The notes below the pieces were generated by a model. The model ran no database searches. It was not told the origin of the DNA and saw only the letters and a list, made by a program, of their open reading frames with translations. Below are positions 9,521 to 18,999 of a DNA stretch of 64,000 nucleotides, piece after piece. Numbering within the stretch: position 1 is the first letter of the stretch; each line of letters begins with the position of its first letter. Location: positions 626,709-690,708 of the forward strand of contig JADJVC010000006.1 of NCBI GenBank assembly GCA_016710685.1. Reading direction: 5' to 3'. Made by a program: the position numbers and the translations under genes. The stretch comes from Flavobacteriales bacterium. Lineage in GTDB: Bacteria; Bacteroidota; Bacteroidia; Flavobacteriales_F; PHOS-HE28.

Positions 9521-10696
9521 TTATAAACCCGCGCCGGCGTAGCGCTTCACGTCAGCATCGGTCACTTCAGGGCCGCTGAGGATCACGAGGCGCTCAACCA
9601 CATTGCGCAGCTCGCGCACATTGCCCGTCCAAGGCAATTTTTGCAGCTCTTTAACGGCTTTATCGCTCATTTTCTTCGCGGCGATGCCCTGTTCTTCGCA
9701 AACCTTGGCTAAGAAGTGCTCGATCAGTTCAGGAATGTCTCCTGCGCGGTCTTTCAGGTCCGGAACATGGATCGGGATAACGCTCAAGCGGTGGAACAGG
9801 TCCTCCCGGAAACGGCCTTCTGCGATCTCCTTGCGAAGTTCCTTGTTGGTCGCCGCAACAACGCGTGTGTCCACTTTGATCTCCTTGTCGCCACCTACCC
9901 GGGTGATCTTGTTCTCTTGCAAGGCCCGCAGCACCTTGGCCTGCGCCGCAAGGCTCATGTCCCCGATCTCGTCCAGGAACAGTGTGCCCCCAGAGGCCAG
10001 CTCAAATTTGCCTTTGCGTTGTGCGATCGCGCTGGTAAAGGCCCCTTTCTCGTGCCCGAACAGCTCGCTTTCGATCAATTCACCGGGGATCGCGGCACAG
10101 TTCACTTCCACGAACGGACCGCTTTTCCGGGCGCTCTTTTCATGCAGCATCCGCGCCACGCCTTCCTTGCCGGCGCCATTGCCGCCAGTGATCAGCACCC
10201 GGGCATCGCTCGGTGCAACCTTGTCCACCATTTCACGGATCGCGTCCATGGCCTCACTGGAACCCACCATGCGTGCATCGCCGGCTTTCACCTTTTGTAC
10301 TTTTTGCCGCAGGGTTTTGGTCTCCTGGACCAGTTCTCCCCGGTCAAGCGCATTGCGTAGGGTTACCAGGATCCTGTTCAGGTCCGGAGGCTTTGATATG
10401 AAGTCAAAAGCGCCTTTCTTGATCGCATCCACAGCCGTGTCAATGGTGCCGTGACCACTGATCATCACCACCGGGATGCTGTCGTCTTGCGCCATTAGTT
10501 TCTCCAGCACTTCCATACCGTCCATCTTCGGCATTTTGATGTCGCACAGCACCACGTCGAAGCCGCCCTTCTTTGCCTTTTCCAAGCCTGAAGCGCCATC
10601 CTCGGCTTCTTCTACCTTGTGCTTCTCATGCTCCAAGATCTCGCGTAATGCGTTCCGGATCGCCTTCTCGTCGTCTATCACCAAGATCTTCGCCAT
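9521..10696 (-). CDS. Sigma-54-dependent response regulator (REC + AAA+ domains) lacking a C-terminal HTH
   Basis: Receiver start MAKILVIDDEKAIR..DIKMPKMDG. AAA+ Walker A GGNGAGKE, GAFTSA loop, Walker B FLDEIGD, GNVRELRN. The protein ends ~30 aa after GNVREL, so there is no Fis-type DNA-binding domain. Met at 10696 is preferred over ORF-track start 10810. Confidence 0.8.
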   Translation of the reverse strand: MAKILVIDDEKAIRNALREILEHEKHKVEEAEDGASGLEKAKKGGFDVVLCDIKMPKMDGMEVLEKLMAQDDSIPVVMISGHGTIDTAVDAIKKGAFDFISKPPDLNRILVTLRNALDRGELVQETKTLRQKVQKVKAGDARMVGSSEAMDAIREMVDKVAPSDARVLITGGNGAGKEGVARMLHEKSARKSGPFVEVNCAAIPGELIESELFGHEKGAFTSAIAQRKGKFELASGGTLFLDEIGDMSLAAQAKVLRALQENKITRVGGDKEIKVDTRVVAATNKELRKEIAEGRFREDLFHRLSVIPIHVPDLKDRAGDIPELIEHFLAKVCEEQGIAAKKMSDKAVKELQKLPWTGNVRELRNVVERLVILSGPEVTDADVKRYAGAGL

Positions 10697-10851
10697 GGCA
10701 CAAAGATGGGGGCAAGTCGGTTTTTCACCGCAGGGGCAACGAGAGAGAGTCGGAGATGTAAAAGTGTGATCGGTTTCCAGTGATGAATGATAGGTCAGCT
10801 CCCGGCTCAAGACTCCCGGCTCATTTTATGGCAGCAAACGATTACGACCAA

Positions 10852-12057
10852 CTACCCAGCCCGCTCATGTACACGCGGAAGAAAGGTCGCCAACAGCCCT
10901 ATCAATGGCAAAAATGCACACACCTTGAAGATGAATTCAATGCTCGTATGGTCCGCCAATGCACCTAACAGGGCTGATCCGATCCCGGCCATGCCGAATG
11001 CGAAACCGAAGAACAACCCGGATACCATGCCCACCTTGCCCGGTACCAGTTCTTGTGCATATACCAAAATGGCCGAGAACGCAGAGGAAAGCACAAGCCC
11101 GATCACGGCGGAAAGGATCCCGGTCCACATCAAGTTGGCATAGGGAAGCAACAGCGTGAAGGGCGCTGAACCGAGGATCGAGAACCAGATCACGTACTTC
11201 CGTCCGTAACGGTCGCCGAGCGGGCCACCTATCAATGTGCCGATAGCGGCGGAAAAAAGGAAGATGAACAGATGGATCTGCGCCTGCTGGATGCCAAGGC
11301 CGAACTTACCCATGAGGTAAAATGTGTAATAGCTGCTCATGCCTGCGAGGTAGAATTGTTTGGAGAACACCAGCACAAGCAAGATCACGATTGACCGCTG
11401 CACGGTGGCGCGAGGGATGCCGTGCGGCACCATCGGTTTAGGCGGTCTGCGCGCACGTATGGCCGTGGTGCGCTTGTACCACGTTCCCACGCGCTGCACC
11501 AACACTAGTCCGATCAACGGGATCGCAGCAAACCAACCGAGACTGTGTAGGCCGTATGGAACAACGATCAGCGCTGCCAGCAATGGCCCCAACGAAGAGC
11601 CGAACGTACCGCCCAATTGGAACACGCTTTGTGCAAGTCCCCGCTTGCCGCCCGAGGCAGCATTCGCAATGCGGGATGATTCAGGATGGAAGATCGAAGA
11701 ACCTACCCCCACCAGCATCACTGAAAGCAACAACGCAATGAAATTTCCCGCGCCCCATAACGCCAGTACCCCGGCCAGCGTGAAGCACATGCCCACCATC
11801 AGTGAGTAAGGTTTCGGATGTTTGTCCGTATACCGGCCCACGAAAGGTTGTAGGATGGATGCCGTCATCTGGAAACACAGCGTGATAAGACCCACCTGTG
11901 TGAAGTTCAGAGCGAACTTGTCCTTTACGATGGGGTAGATGGCCGGTATCAACGACTGAACGATGTCGTTGAGCATGTGCGAGGCACTGATAGCAATGAG
12001 CACCGGCACAACAGTGCGTCCGGCAATTGAGGAAGAACTTGTTCCCTTAGTGGACAT
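10852..12057 (-). CDS. MFS transporter (Fsr/fosmidomycin-resistance-like)
   Basis: About 12 predicted TM helices. The MFS signature-like loop GRYTDKHPKP lies between TM2 and TM3. Internal Met at 12057 (MSTKGTSS..) is preferred over 12189. Confidence 0.75.
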   Translation of the reverse strand: MSTKGTSSSSIAGRTVVPVLIAISASHMLNDIVQSLIPAIYPIVKDKFALNFTQVGLITLCFQMTASILQPFVGRYTDKHPKPYSLMVGMCFTLAGVLALWGAGNFIALLLSVMLVGVGSSIFHPESSRIANAASGGKRGLAQSVFQLGGTFGSSLGPLLAALIVVPYGLHSLGWFAAIPLIGLVLVQRVGTWYKRTTAIRARRPPKPMVPHGIPRATVQRSIVILLVLVFSKQFYLAGMSSYYTFYLMGKFGLGIQQAQIHLFIFLFSAAIGTLIGGPLGDRYGRKYVIWFSILGSAPFTLLLPYANLMWTGILSAVIGLVLSSAFSAILVYAQELVPGKVGMVSGLFFGFAFGMAGIGSALLGALADHTSIEFIFKVCAFLPLIGLLATFLPRVHERAG

Positions 12058-12199
12058 GGGCCGCGAAATTAACCGGTGGTGCGAAGCGAATGAACCTCTT
12101 GAAAGCAGGCGCTCGCGACACGCAAGCGCCTGCATCAGATCGAATGAAAAAAGCCGGAACCTCCCGGTCCCGGCCTTCCTCCCTTTCACTTGCCCACAC

Positions 12200-12532
12200 T
12201 TATTTATTCACCGGTGCGGTGGTAGGCTTTGGCGCTGTAGGCCGGGTGGCGGTGACCACTTTTGCAGGTGTAGCGGGTTTTGCCGCCGTGGTTTTGGCGG
12301 GTGCGGATTTCATTGCCGACTGCGACTTGGCCGGTTCAGCCTCGTGCTTCTTTGCCACGGTTGCATGCTTGTGGGCGGTCTTGTTCATGGTGGCGTGGTG
12401 TGCGGTTGCATGTGTAGCTGCCGGCTTCGCGGTGGCCGGTTGTTGCGGGTTGCTCGCAGGCGTTTGAGCGCTGACGGCGTTGGCAGTGAACAGGCTTGCT
12501 CCAAGTACGGTGGCCATCAAAAGGGTCTTCAT
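12200..12532 (-). CDS. Small secreted low-complexity Ala/Lys/Pro/Thr-rich protein
   Basis: Signal peptide MKTLLMATVLGASLFTANAVSAQ, followed by ~85 aa made almost only of A, K, P, T and H. No recognizable domain. Confidence 0.5.
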   Translation of the reverse strand: MKTLLMATVLGASLFTANAVSAQTPASNPQQPATAKPAATHATAHHATMNKTAHKHATVAKKHEAEPAKSQSAMKSAPAKTTAAKPATPAKVVTATRPTAPKPTTAPVNK

Positions 12533-12843
12533 TGGTGTTGCGGTTTTTAGACCCCGGAAACGACCGAGGTTGGTTCGCGGCCCAAATGTTCAGCCATCCA
12601 AGATCGAAGTGTATCGCCGTGCCATCAATTTAACCGTATTGGCAAAGGTTTCCGCCGATCGTTAATGTCCGTTGACAAATTGTGATGGCGGGCAGTTTTT
12701 TCCACGCATTTGGAGGAGCTGCTCCCCGGTCCAGATGCTGCGATGCCGGCCGCTTCATGCCCACATGGCCCATGCGGCATGCACAATGTGGGCAGGTAAT
12801 ATTTCGGCATGGTTACGGTTGCTCTCTACAAAAATCACCAGCC

Positions 12844-13065
12844 ATGAAAACACACGCTCCGAAAGGACCAAAGAACAAGGAGACCACCAAACAGGAAGGC
12901 GCCGGCAATAATGATGAACGCGAATTGCCAGAGCGCCTGAACATTGATGATGCCGCAAAAATCAAGGACCGCCCGCCCACCAACAATGCGCCGGACCGGG
13001 AGCGTGACCCGGCAAGCCCCAATTATCTTGAGCCACATGCCAAGGACAAGGGCTTGAACAATTGA
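12844..13065 (+). CDS. Hypothetical small hydrophilic protein
   Basis: ATG-initiated 73-aa ORF (MKTHAPKGPKNKETTKQEG...) in an otherwise unassigned gap. There is no family match I can recognise, so it may be non-coding. Confidence 0.25.
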   Translation: MKTHAPKGPKNKETTKQEGAGNNDERELPERLNIDDAAKIKDRPPTNNAPDRERDPASPNYLEPHAKDKGLNN

Positions 13066-13165
13066 ACCGGCTGTTGCTGTGTTGGAGCAAAGGCAGGCCA
13101 TGGGAATCGGGCGGATCCGGTCCATTTCGCCAATTCGTATAGCTTAGCGGCCCACCCCTAGGCCC

Positions 13166-14583
13166 ATGAGCAGACACGACATACGCAAACCCATGGATGT
13201 TTTGTTGGCAGAAGCCAACGCCGAAGGTTCTGGGACACTGGTGCGACGCCTAGGTGCCGTAAGCCCGATCGCTCTTGGTATCGGTGCTATCATCGGTGCC
13301 GGATTGTTCTCCCTTACCGGCGTTGTGGCTGGGCAACATGCTGGCCCGGCCGTGGTCCTCTCATTCGTCATCAGTGCCATTGGCTGTGCGTTTGCCGGAC
13401 TCTGCTACGCGGAGTTCGCAAGCATAATCCCCATTGCGGGCAGTGCCTATACGTACAGTTTCGCCACCATGGGCCGTGTTTGGGCGTGGATCATCGGCTG
13501 GGACTTGGTGCTTGAATATGCCGTAGGGGCCGCCATGGTCTCCATTTCTTGGAGCCAGTACCTTAACAAGTTGCTGGCCATGCATGGCATGCATATTCCG
13601 GATTACCTCATGGCCGGTCCATTTGAGGGGGATGGTTCAATCTGCCGGCTGTGATCATCGTGGCCCTCATGTCGCTGCTGTTGGCCCGTGGCACACGCGA
13701 AAGCGCCGGTGTTAATTCCATTATCGTAGTGCTCAAGGTGGCCGTGGTACTCGTGTTCATCGTGTTGGGCTGGTCCTATATCAACCCGGCCAATTTGGTG
13801 CCGTTCATTCCGGAGAATACCGGGGTTTTCGGCGAGTTCGGTTGGAGCGGTGTGCTCCGTGGCGCTGGCATAATTTTTTTCGCCTACATCGGCTTCGATG
13901 CCGTTAGCACGGCTGCCCAGGAAACCAAGAACCCTAAACGCAATATGCCCATCGGCATCCTCGCATCGCTCGCGATCTGTGCGGTGCTCTACGTCCTGTT
14001 CGGCCATGTGATGACCGGCCTTGCCAATTATACCGAGTTCGGCAAAGGGAATGATTCACTCGCACCGGTTGCCACTGCCATTGCACACACGCCTTTCGTG
14101 TGGTTGCAACAGGCCGTCATCATCGCGATCCTCGCCGGTTATTCCTCAGTGATCTTGGTAATGCTCATGGGCCAAAGCCGCGTGTTTTACAGCATGAGCC
14201 ACGACGGACTCTTGCCCAAAGTGTTCTCCGATGTTCACCCCAAGTACCGCACCCCGTTCAAGAGCAACATGTTCTTCATGCTCTTCGTAGGTGCGTTCGC
14301 TGCCTTTGTCCCCGGTAGGGTGGTGGGGGAAATGACCAGCATTGGCACCCTGCTTGCCTTTATCCTGGTGAGCGTGGGCGTGCTCATCATACGTAAACGG
14401 ATGCCGGATGCCCCGCGTGGGTTCCGCACACCATTTGTGCCCGTAGTGCCTATTTTGGGAATCCTCGTCTGTGGTGCTATGATGCTAGCACTGCCGTGGG
14501 ACACCTGGTTGCGTTTGGTGTTATGGTTGGCCTTAGGTATGTTGGTGTACTTCCGCTATAGCGTGAAGCACAGCAAATTTTAG
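13166..14583 (+). pseudogene. APC-superfamily amino acid permease, interrupted by one frameshift (ORFs 13166..13654 and 13651..14583)
   Basis: Typical APC N-terminus (LGAVSPIALGIGAIIGAGLFSLTG) and 12-TM layout. The frame breaks at G-run 13627-13631, and adding one G gives ..PFEGGWFNLPAVIIVALMSLLL.., a normal APC helix. Confidence 0.85.
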
Positions 14584-14743
14584 GATTCCCAGCTTTTCGA
14601 CGAATCCCCTTGTAGGAACGCTGGAGATAAACGAGCTTTGTCGGACGGGTTTTGTCATGGGACCGCATGGCAAGCCGATCAACTCGCGAAACCACATACG
14701 TTCAATCCTTTTTTCTGCCATCAACGGCCGAACACCAGCAGAC

Positions 14744-15613
14744 ATGCGCGCTTCACGACCAATTTTCTTGCTGGCCACGGTTGGCCTGGCCTCAGCTTTG
14801 TTTGCCCAGATCCCCAATGGTGATTTCAACCAATGGACATCCGAGGCGACCTATGGTGATCCGGTAAATTGGAAAACCACGAACGCGCTTGCACAGACTT
14901 TTGGCGTAGGCCCTACCTGCGAACGGGGCGAACCCGGTTCCGACGGTATGGGCTTTGCCCGTGTGATCAACAGGGCGGCCGGCGATGGTGTCGTGCTTCA
15001 AGGGAAAATCGTCTCCAGTGATACACTTGGTGCGATCGGTTTCCCGTATGATCTGAAGCCTACCACGATCGGTGGGCGCTGCCAATATGACCTCCACCAG
15101 TACGATGTAGGCCAAGTACAGGTTTCCCTTACCCGCTGGGAACCTTTGGCGAATCACAGCTTTACAGTCGGTTTCGGCTCGGTCAACTTCATAGGCACCT
15201 CCACCGGAACATGGCAGTCTTTCTCTGCTAACATCTCTTACCTCAATAACAACATACCCGACACGGCCATTATCACCATTAATGCCGCAGCCAGCCAATT
15301 ACTGGTCACGGACGGCAGCTACCTGCAAGTGGATGAACTGAAGTTCGGTTTTATCGGTGTCGGTGTTGATGAACTCGCCAATCTATCGTTTTCACTGCAT
15401 CCGTCGTTGGCATCCGACCAGCTCAATGTCACCACCACCAAACCGGCTTCTCTGGCCGTGGCAACGGATGTAACCGGAAGACGCGTTGCGCAATTTGCAG
15501 TGGTGGGCCAGCGCAGCGAACTCAACGTGGGCAACTTGGCTCCGGGACGCTATGTGTTGGAAGTTAAATTCAAGGACGGTACCACGGAGAAACGCTCTTT
15601 CATCAAGGAGTAA
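14744..15613 (+). CDS. Secreted hypothetical protein with T9SS C-terminal sorting domain
   Basis: Signal peptide MRASRPIFLLATVGLASALFAQ. Beta-sandwich-like body starting IPNGDFNQW. The C-terminal ~80 aa (..FSLHPSLASDQLNV...GRYVLEVKFKDGTTEKRSFIKE) is CTD-like. Confidence 0.65.
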   Translation: MRASRPIFLLATVGLASALFAQIPNGDFNQWTSEATYGDPVNWKTTNALAQTFGVGPTCERGEPGSDGMGFARVINRAAGDGVVLQGKIVSSDTLGAIGFPYDLKPTTIGGRCQYDLHQYDVGQVQVSLTRWEPLANHSFTVGFGSVNFIGTSTGTWQSFSANISYLNNNIPDTAIITINAAASQLLVTDGSYLQVDELKFGFIGVGVDELANLSFSLHPSLASDQLNVTTTKPASLAVATDVTGRRVAQFAVVGQRSELNVGNLAPGRYVLEVKFKDGTTEKRSFIKE

Positions 15614-16532
15614 GGTTGTTGAAAGCCCGCCAGGCCGCGCCTTCCTGTAGAGCGTAGCGGCTCCAGCGTATTTCCTCAATGCCTCGGGCCAATACACGCT
15701 CCGTGGCGATCAACGCAGGCAGGATCGTGTCTACGCGGTGTTGAGGGAGACCCTCAACCAGCTCGCGGTCCGCGCGGGGCATGTGCAACAGGCGGTCCTT
15801 TATTTCGTCGAACACATGGGTGCTGAATTCCATGGTGGTTGTTCCGGATTTCCGTGTATCGCCGCGCCCTGCAGCAATTATTGCAGTCAAACTGTCAAAG
15901 GAACCTGCCGAACCCACCAGCGTCCGAGGCCAATGGCGGTCCATCACGGCCCAGAGAGGCTCTAATTGTGCATCGAGGTGCGCGGCCATGCGGAGGTGTT
16001 CTTCCATGGTCAATAGATCTCCTAAAGTGAATCGTTCAAGCATCCGAGTGGTGCCTAGCTCGAAGCTCCTTTTCCACATCAACGCCTTGTCCGTGGCCAA
16101 GATGAACTCGATGCTGCCACCGCCGATGTCCATTAACAGCATGGGCTTCTTTCCGAATGCGACCGCTTGTCGAACTCCGTCCACGATCAATCCAGCTTCT
16201 TCCTCGCCGGGGATGATGGAGATATCAACGCCGCATTTCGCCTTCGCCTGCTGAACAAAATCGGCGCCATTGCCGGCATTGCGAAGCGCTGAGGTGCCGA
16301 AGCCCCGGACCCGTTCCACGCCGAGCTCTTTTGCTTTGATGCCCAGCATGATCAACGCTTCCAAGCCGCGGGCAAAAGCATCAGCCGCGATCACGCCTTT
16401 TTCAATGCCTCCTTTTCCAAGGCCCACGGGCACTTCTTCCTCATGGTGTACCACCAGCTTTTGCGCCGCTGAAAGCGAAGCCACCAACAACTTGAACGTG
16501 TTGGTGCCGAGGTCGATGACGGCGATCTTCAT
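15603..16532 (-). CDS. Ppx/GppA family phosphatase (exopolyphosphatase-like)
   Basis: ASKHA-fold start MKIAVIDLGTNTFKLLV, then DIGGGSIEF and the GTSALRNA motif. Confidence 0.8.
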   Translation of the reverse strand: MKIAVIDLGTNTFKLLVASLSAAQKLVVHHEEEVPVGLGKGGIEKGVIAADAFARGLEALIMLGIKAKELGVERVRGFGTSALRNAGNGADFVQQAKAKCGVDISIIPGEEEAGLIVDGVRQAVAFGKKPMLLMDIGGGSIEFILATDKALMWKRSFELGTTRMLERFTLGDLLTMEEHLRMAAHLDAQLEPLWAVMDRHWPRTLVGSAGSFDSLTAIIAAGRGDTRKSGTTTMEFSTHVFDEIKDRLLHMPRADRELVEGLPQHRVDTILPALIATERVLARGIEEIRWSRYALQEGAAWRAFNNLTP

Positions 16533-16582
16533 GAAGAAAGTCAGGAGTCCGTGAGTCTTGAATCCGGCTCAAGACGCAGTAG

Positions 16583-17920
16583 CTATCCCCGATAGAACAA
16601 CCACTTGCCCATTTCCTTCCACGTCACCTTCTTGCCGTACATCAAGATGCCCGTGCGGTAGATCCGGCCCGCCAGCCAAGTGGTGAAGATGAACGTGGCG
16701 ATCAACAGGCCCATGCTCAACGCCAATTCCCATGGATGCTCGAAGGCATTCCCCATTGCGATCCTGATCATCATCACCACCGGGGAAGTGAAAGGGATGA
16801 TGGAGCACCAGAACACCGCAGGCCCGTCCGGGTTGTAAACCGCCGTTTGGGCGATGAAGATGGACAGCATCATCGGCAAAGTGATCGGTAGCATGAATTG
16901 TTGCGTGTCCGTTTCCGAGTCCACTGCCGCGCCCACTGCCGCGAACATGGAACTGTAAAGCAGGTAGCCGCCCAGGAAGTAGAATAAAAACAGTCCTAAA
17001 ATGGCGGCGATGGGCATATCGTTCCAGATGTCCATCACCATGCTGAGCTGCTCATTTGCATCCCCGTCTTCGCCCGTTTCCAGACCTTGACCAAGTTGGC
17101 CTTGCAGTTGCGTGGAAACCTGTGGACCCGCCTGCTCCAGCGCGGAAGCGCTGATCTGGTCTTTCGCGAAGCTCATACCCACGGTGGTGAGAACTGAGGT
17201 GAGCAGGATCCACAGCAGGAATTGCGTTAGTCCCACCAACGCGATGCCGATGATCTTGCCCATCATCAATTGGAACGGTTTTACCGAACTGATGAGGACC
17301 TCCACCACGCGGTTCTGCTTTTCCTCCATCACGCCGCGCATCACCTGCACACCGTACAGGAAGATGAATATGAAGATCAGGTAGCCGAATGCAAAGCCGA
17401 TGCCCGCCTTCGCTTGGTCGTAACTGCGCTTGCCCGCCTTGTCAATATCGAATAATTGCACCTTCAATGCGGTCTTGATCCGCTGGTAAACCTCCGGGTC
17501 CACCTGGTTTACCCGCAACTTTTCCTTCTCGATCACCTTTTCGATCTCCGAGCTCAGGTAGTTCTGCGTGCTTAGACTGGGCAAGGCCTTATAGAAAAGT
17601 TGGATCGTGTTATTCTCCAATACCAGCGGGTTCACCTCCACCATGGCCGAGTACGGGCTGGCCTTGAAGACGGAGTCGCTCATGTCCGCCGGTTCGTAGT
17701 AGAACTTGATATCGTCCGTTTCCTTCAGCTTGTTGGTGAGCAGCCCCGCCTTGTCGATCACAACGATGTTCTGTGCGCCGCTCTCCTGCATCCCCAGGTA
17801 AACCACTAATGCAATGCCGCCTACGATCAGCAACGGCCCCAGCACGGTCATGATGAGGAAGCTGGGCTTACGCACCCGGGTGATGAACTCGCGCCAAATG
17901 ATCAATCCGATCTTTCCCAT
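16583..17920 (-). CDS. ABC-2 type transporter permease
   Basis: 445 aa. An N-terminal TM helix and a large extracytoplasmic loop are followed by 5 C-terminal TM helices, typical of NatB-like ABC-2 permeases. It sits directly downstream of the ATPase gene. Confidence 0.8.
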   Translation of the reverse strand: MGKIGLIIWREFITRVRKPSFLIMTVLGPLLIVGGIALVVYLGMQESGAQNIVVIDKAGLLTNKLKETDDIKFYYEPADMSDSVFKASPYSAMVEVNPLVLENNTIQLFYKALPSLSTQNYLSSEIEKVIEKEKLRVNQVDPEVYQRIKTALKVQLFDIDKAGKRSYDQAKAGIGFAFGYLIFIFIFLYGVQVMRGVMEEKQNRVVEVLISSVKPFQLMMGKIIGIALVGLTQFLLWILLTSVLTTVGMSFAKDQISASALEQAGPQVSTQLQGQLGQGLETGEDGDANEQLSMVMDIWNDMPIAAILGLFLFYFLGGYLLYSSMFAAVGAAVDSETDTQQFMLPITLPMMLSIFIAQTAVYNPDGPAVFWCSIIPFTSPVVMMIRIAMGNAFEHPWELALSMGLLIATFIFTTWLAGRIYRTGILMYGKKVTWKEMGKWLFYRG

Positions 17921-17950
17921 TGTCTTTACTTCTGAAGATGGAAGATTGCC

Positions 17951-18892
17951 TTACTCGGTCATTTCCGCGGCAGCGGGCCGCGTTTCCTTCGCGCCTACGG
18001 CACGGATGAAGATGTCGTGCATGCGCGGAACTTCCTCGTGGACACCTTGTACCTGCACCGCCGGCAGTATGGCGGAGAGCACCTGGTTCACCGTGGAGTT
18101 GTGCAGCAGTTTTACACGGGCGATGCTCAAGCCTTCCGCCTCATTGTGGTCCAACAATTCGCCATGGAAGGACAAAGCATCGGCGAATGCCACCTTGTTG
18201 CCCTTATAGTCCACTCGGTAAGTGGCTTCGCTGAACCGTTGACGCACTTCGCGCACGGATCCGCTCAGCATCACTTTGCTATGGTCGATCAAAGCGATAT
18301 GGTCACAAAGTTCCTCTACGCTGCCCATGTTGTGGGTGCTCAGCATCACGGTAACGCCTTCATCGCGCAGCCGTAGGATCTCCTGGCGCACCAGCTCGGC
18401 GTTTACCGGGTCGAAACCACTGAACGGTTCGTCCAAGATCAACAATTTCGGGCCGTGCAGCACCGTGGTGATGAACTGCACTTTCTGCGCCATGCCCTTG
18501 CTCAACTCCTCCACTTTTTTGTTCCACCAGCCGTCCATTTCCCAGCGGGCGAACCATTCTTTGAGTTTGCGGGTGGCCTCGGTTTTTTCCATGCCCTTTA
18601 ACCGGGCAAGGTAAAGGGCTTGCTCGCCCACTTTCATCTTCTTGTACAAGCCCCGCTCTTCCGGCAAATAGCCCAGCCTCGACGCGTCCGCATCCGTCAT
18701 CGCGGTGCCGTTGAAGAGCACTTTCCCGCTGTCCGGGCCGGTGATCCTCGTAATGATCCGGATCAGTGTGGTCTTGCCAGCGCCGTTAGGGCCCAATAGA
18801 CCGAACACTTTTCCCTGCGGCACTTCCATGCTTACGCCGTCCAGCGCCAAGTGCGTCCCAAAGCGCTTTACAATATCCTCCAAAACCAACAT
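17951..18892 (-). CDS. ABC transporter ATP-binding protein
   Basis: Walker A GPNGAGKTT, signature LSKGMAQK, Walker B LLILDEP, H-loop STHNM. Met at 18892 (MLVLEDIVKRFG) is preferred over 18976. Confidence 0.85.
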   Translation of the reverse strand: MLVLEDIVKRFGTHLALDGVSMEVPQGKVFGLLGPNGAGKTTLIRIITRITGPDSGKVLFNGTAMTDADASRLGYLPEERGLYKKMKVGEQALYLARLKGMEKTEATRKLKEWFARWEMDGWWNKKVEELSKGMAQKVQFITTVLHGPKLLILDEPFSGFDPVNAELVRQEILRLRDEGVTVMLSTHNMGSVEELCDHIALIDHSKVMLSGSVREVRQRFSEATYRVDYKGNKVAFADALSFHGELLDHNEAEGLSIARVKLLHNSTVNQVLSAILPAVQVQGVHEEVPRMHDIFIRAVGAKETRPAAAEMTE

Positions 18893-18999
18893 GCCGTTCG
18901 CGTTTAATATGTGGTGGCGGGGCGAAGGTAATGGAGCACCGAGGCGGTCGGTGTGCCATTGGCCATGCCGTTGCACCGCCTATACCGGCGGAGGTGGCT

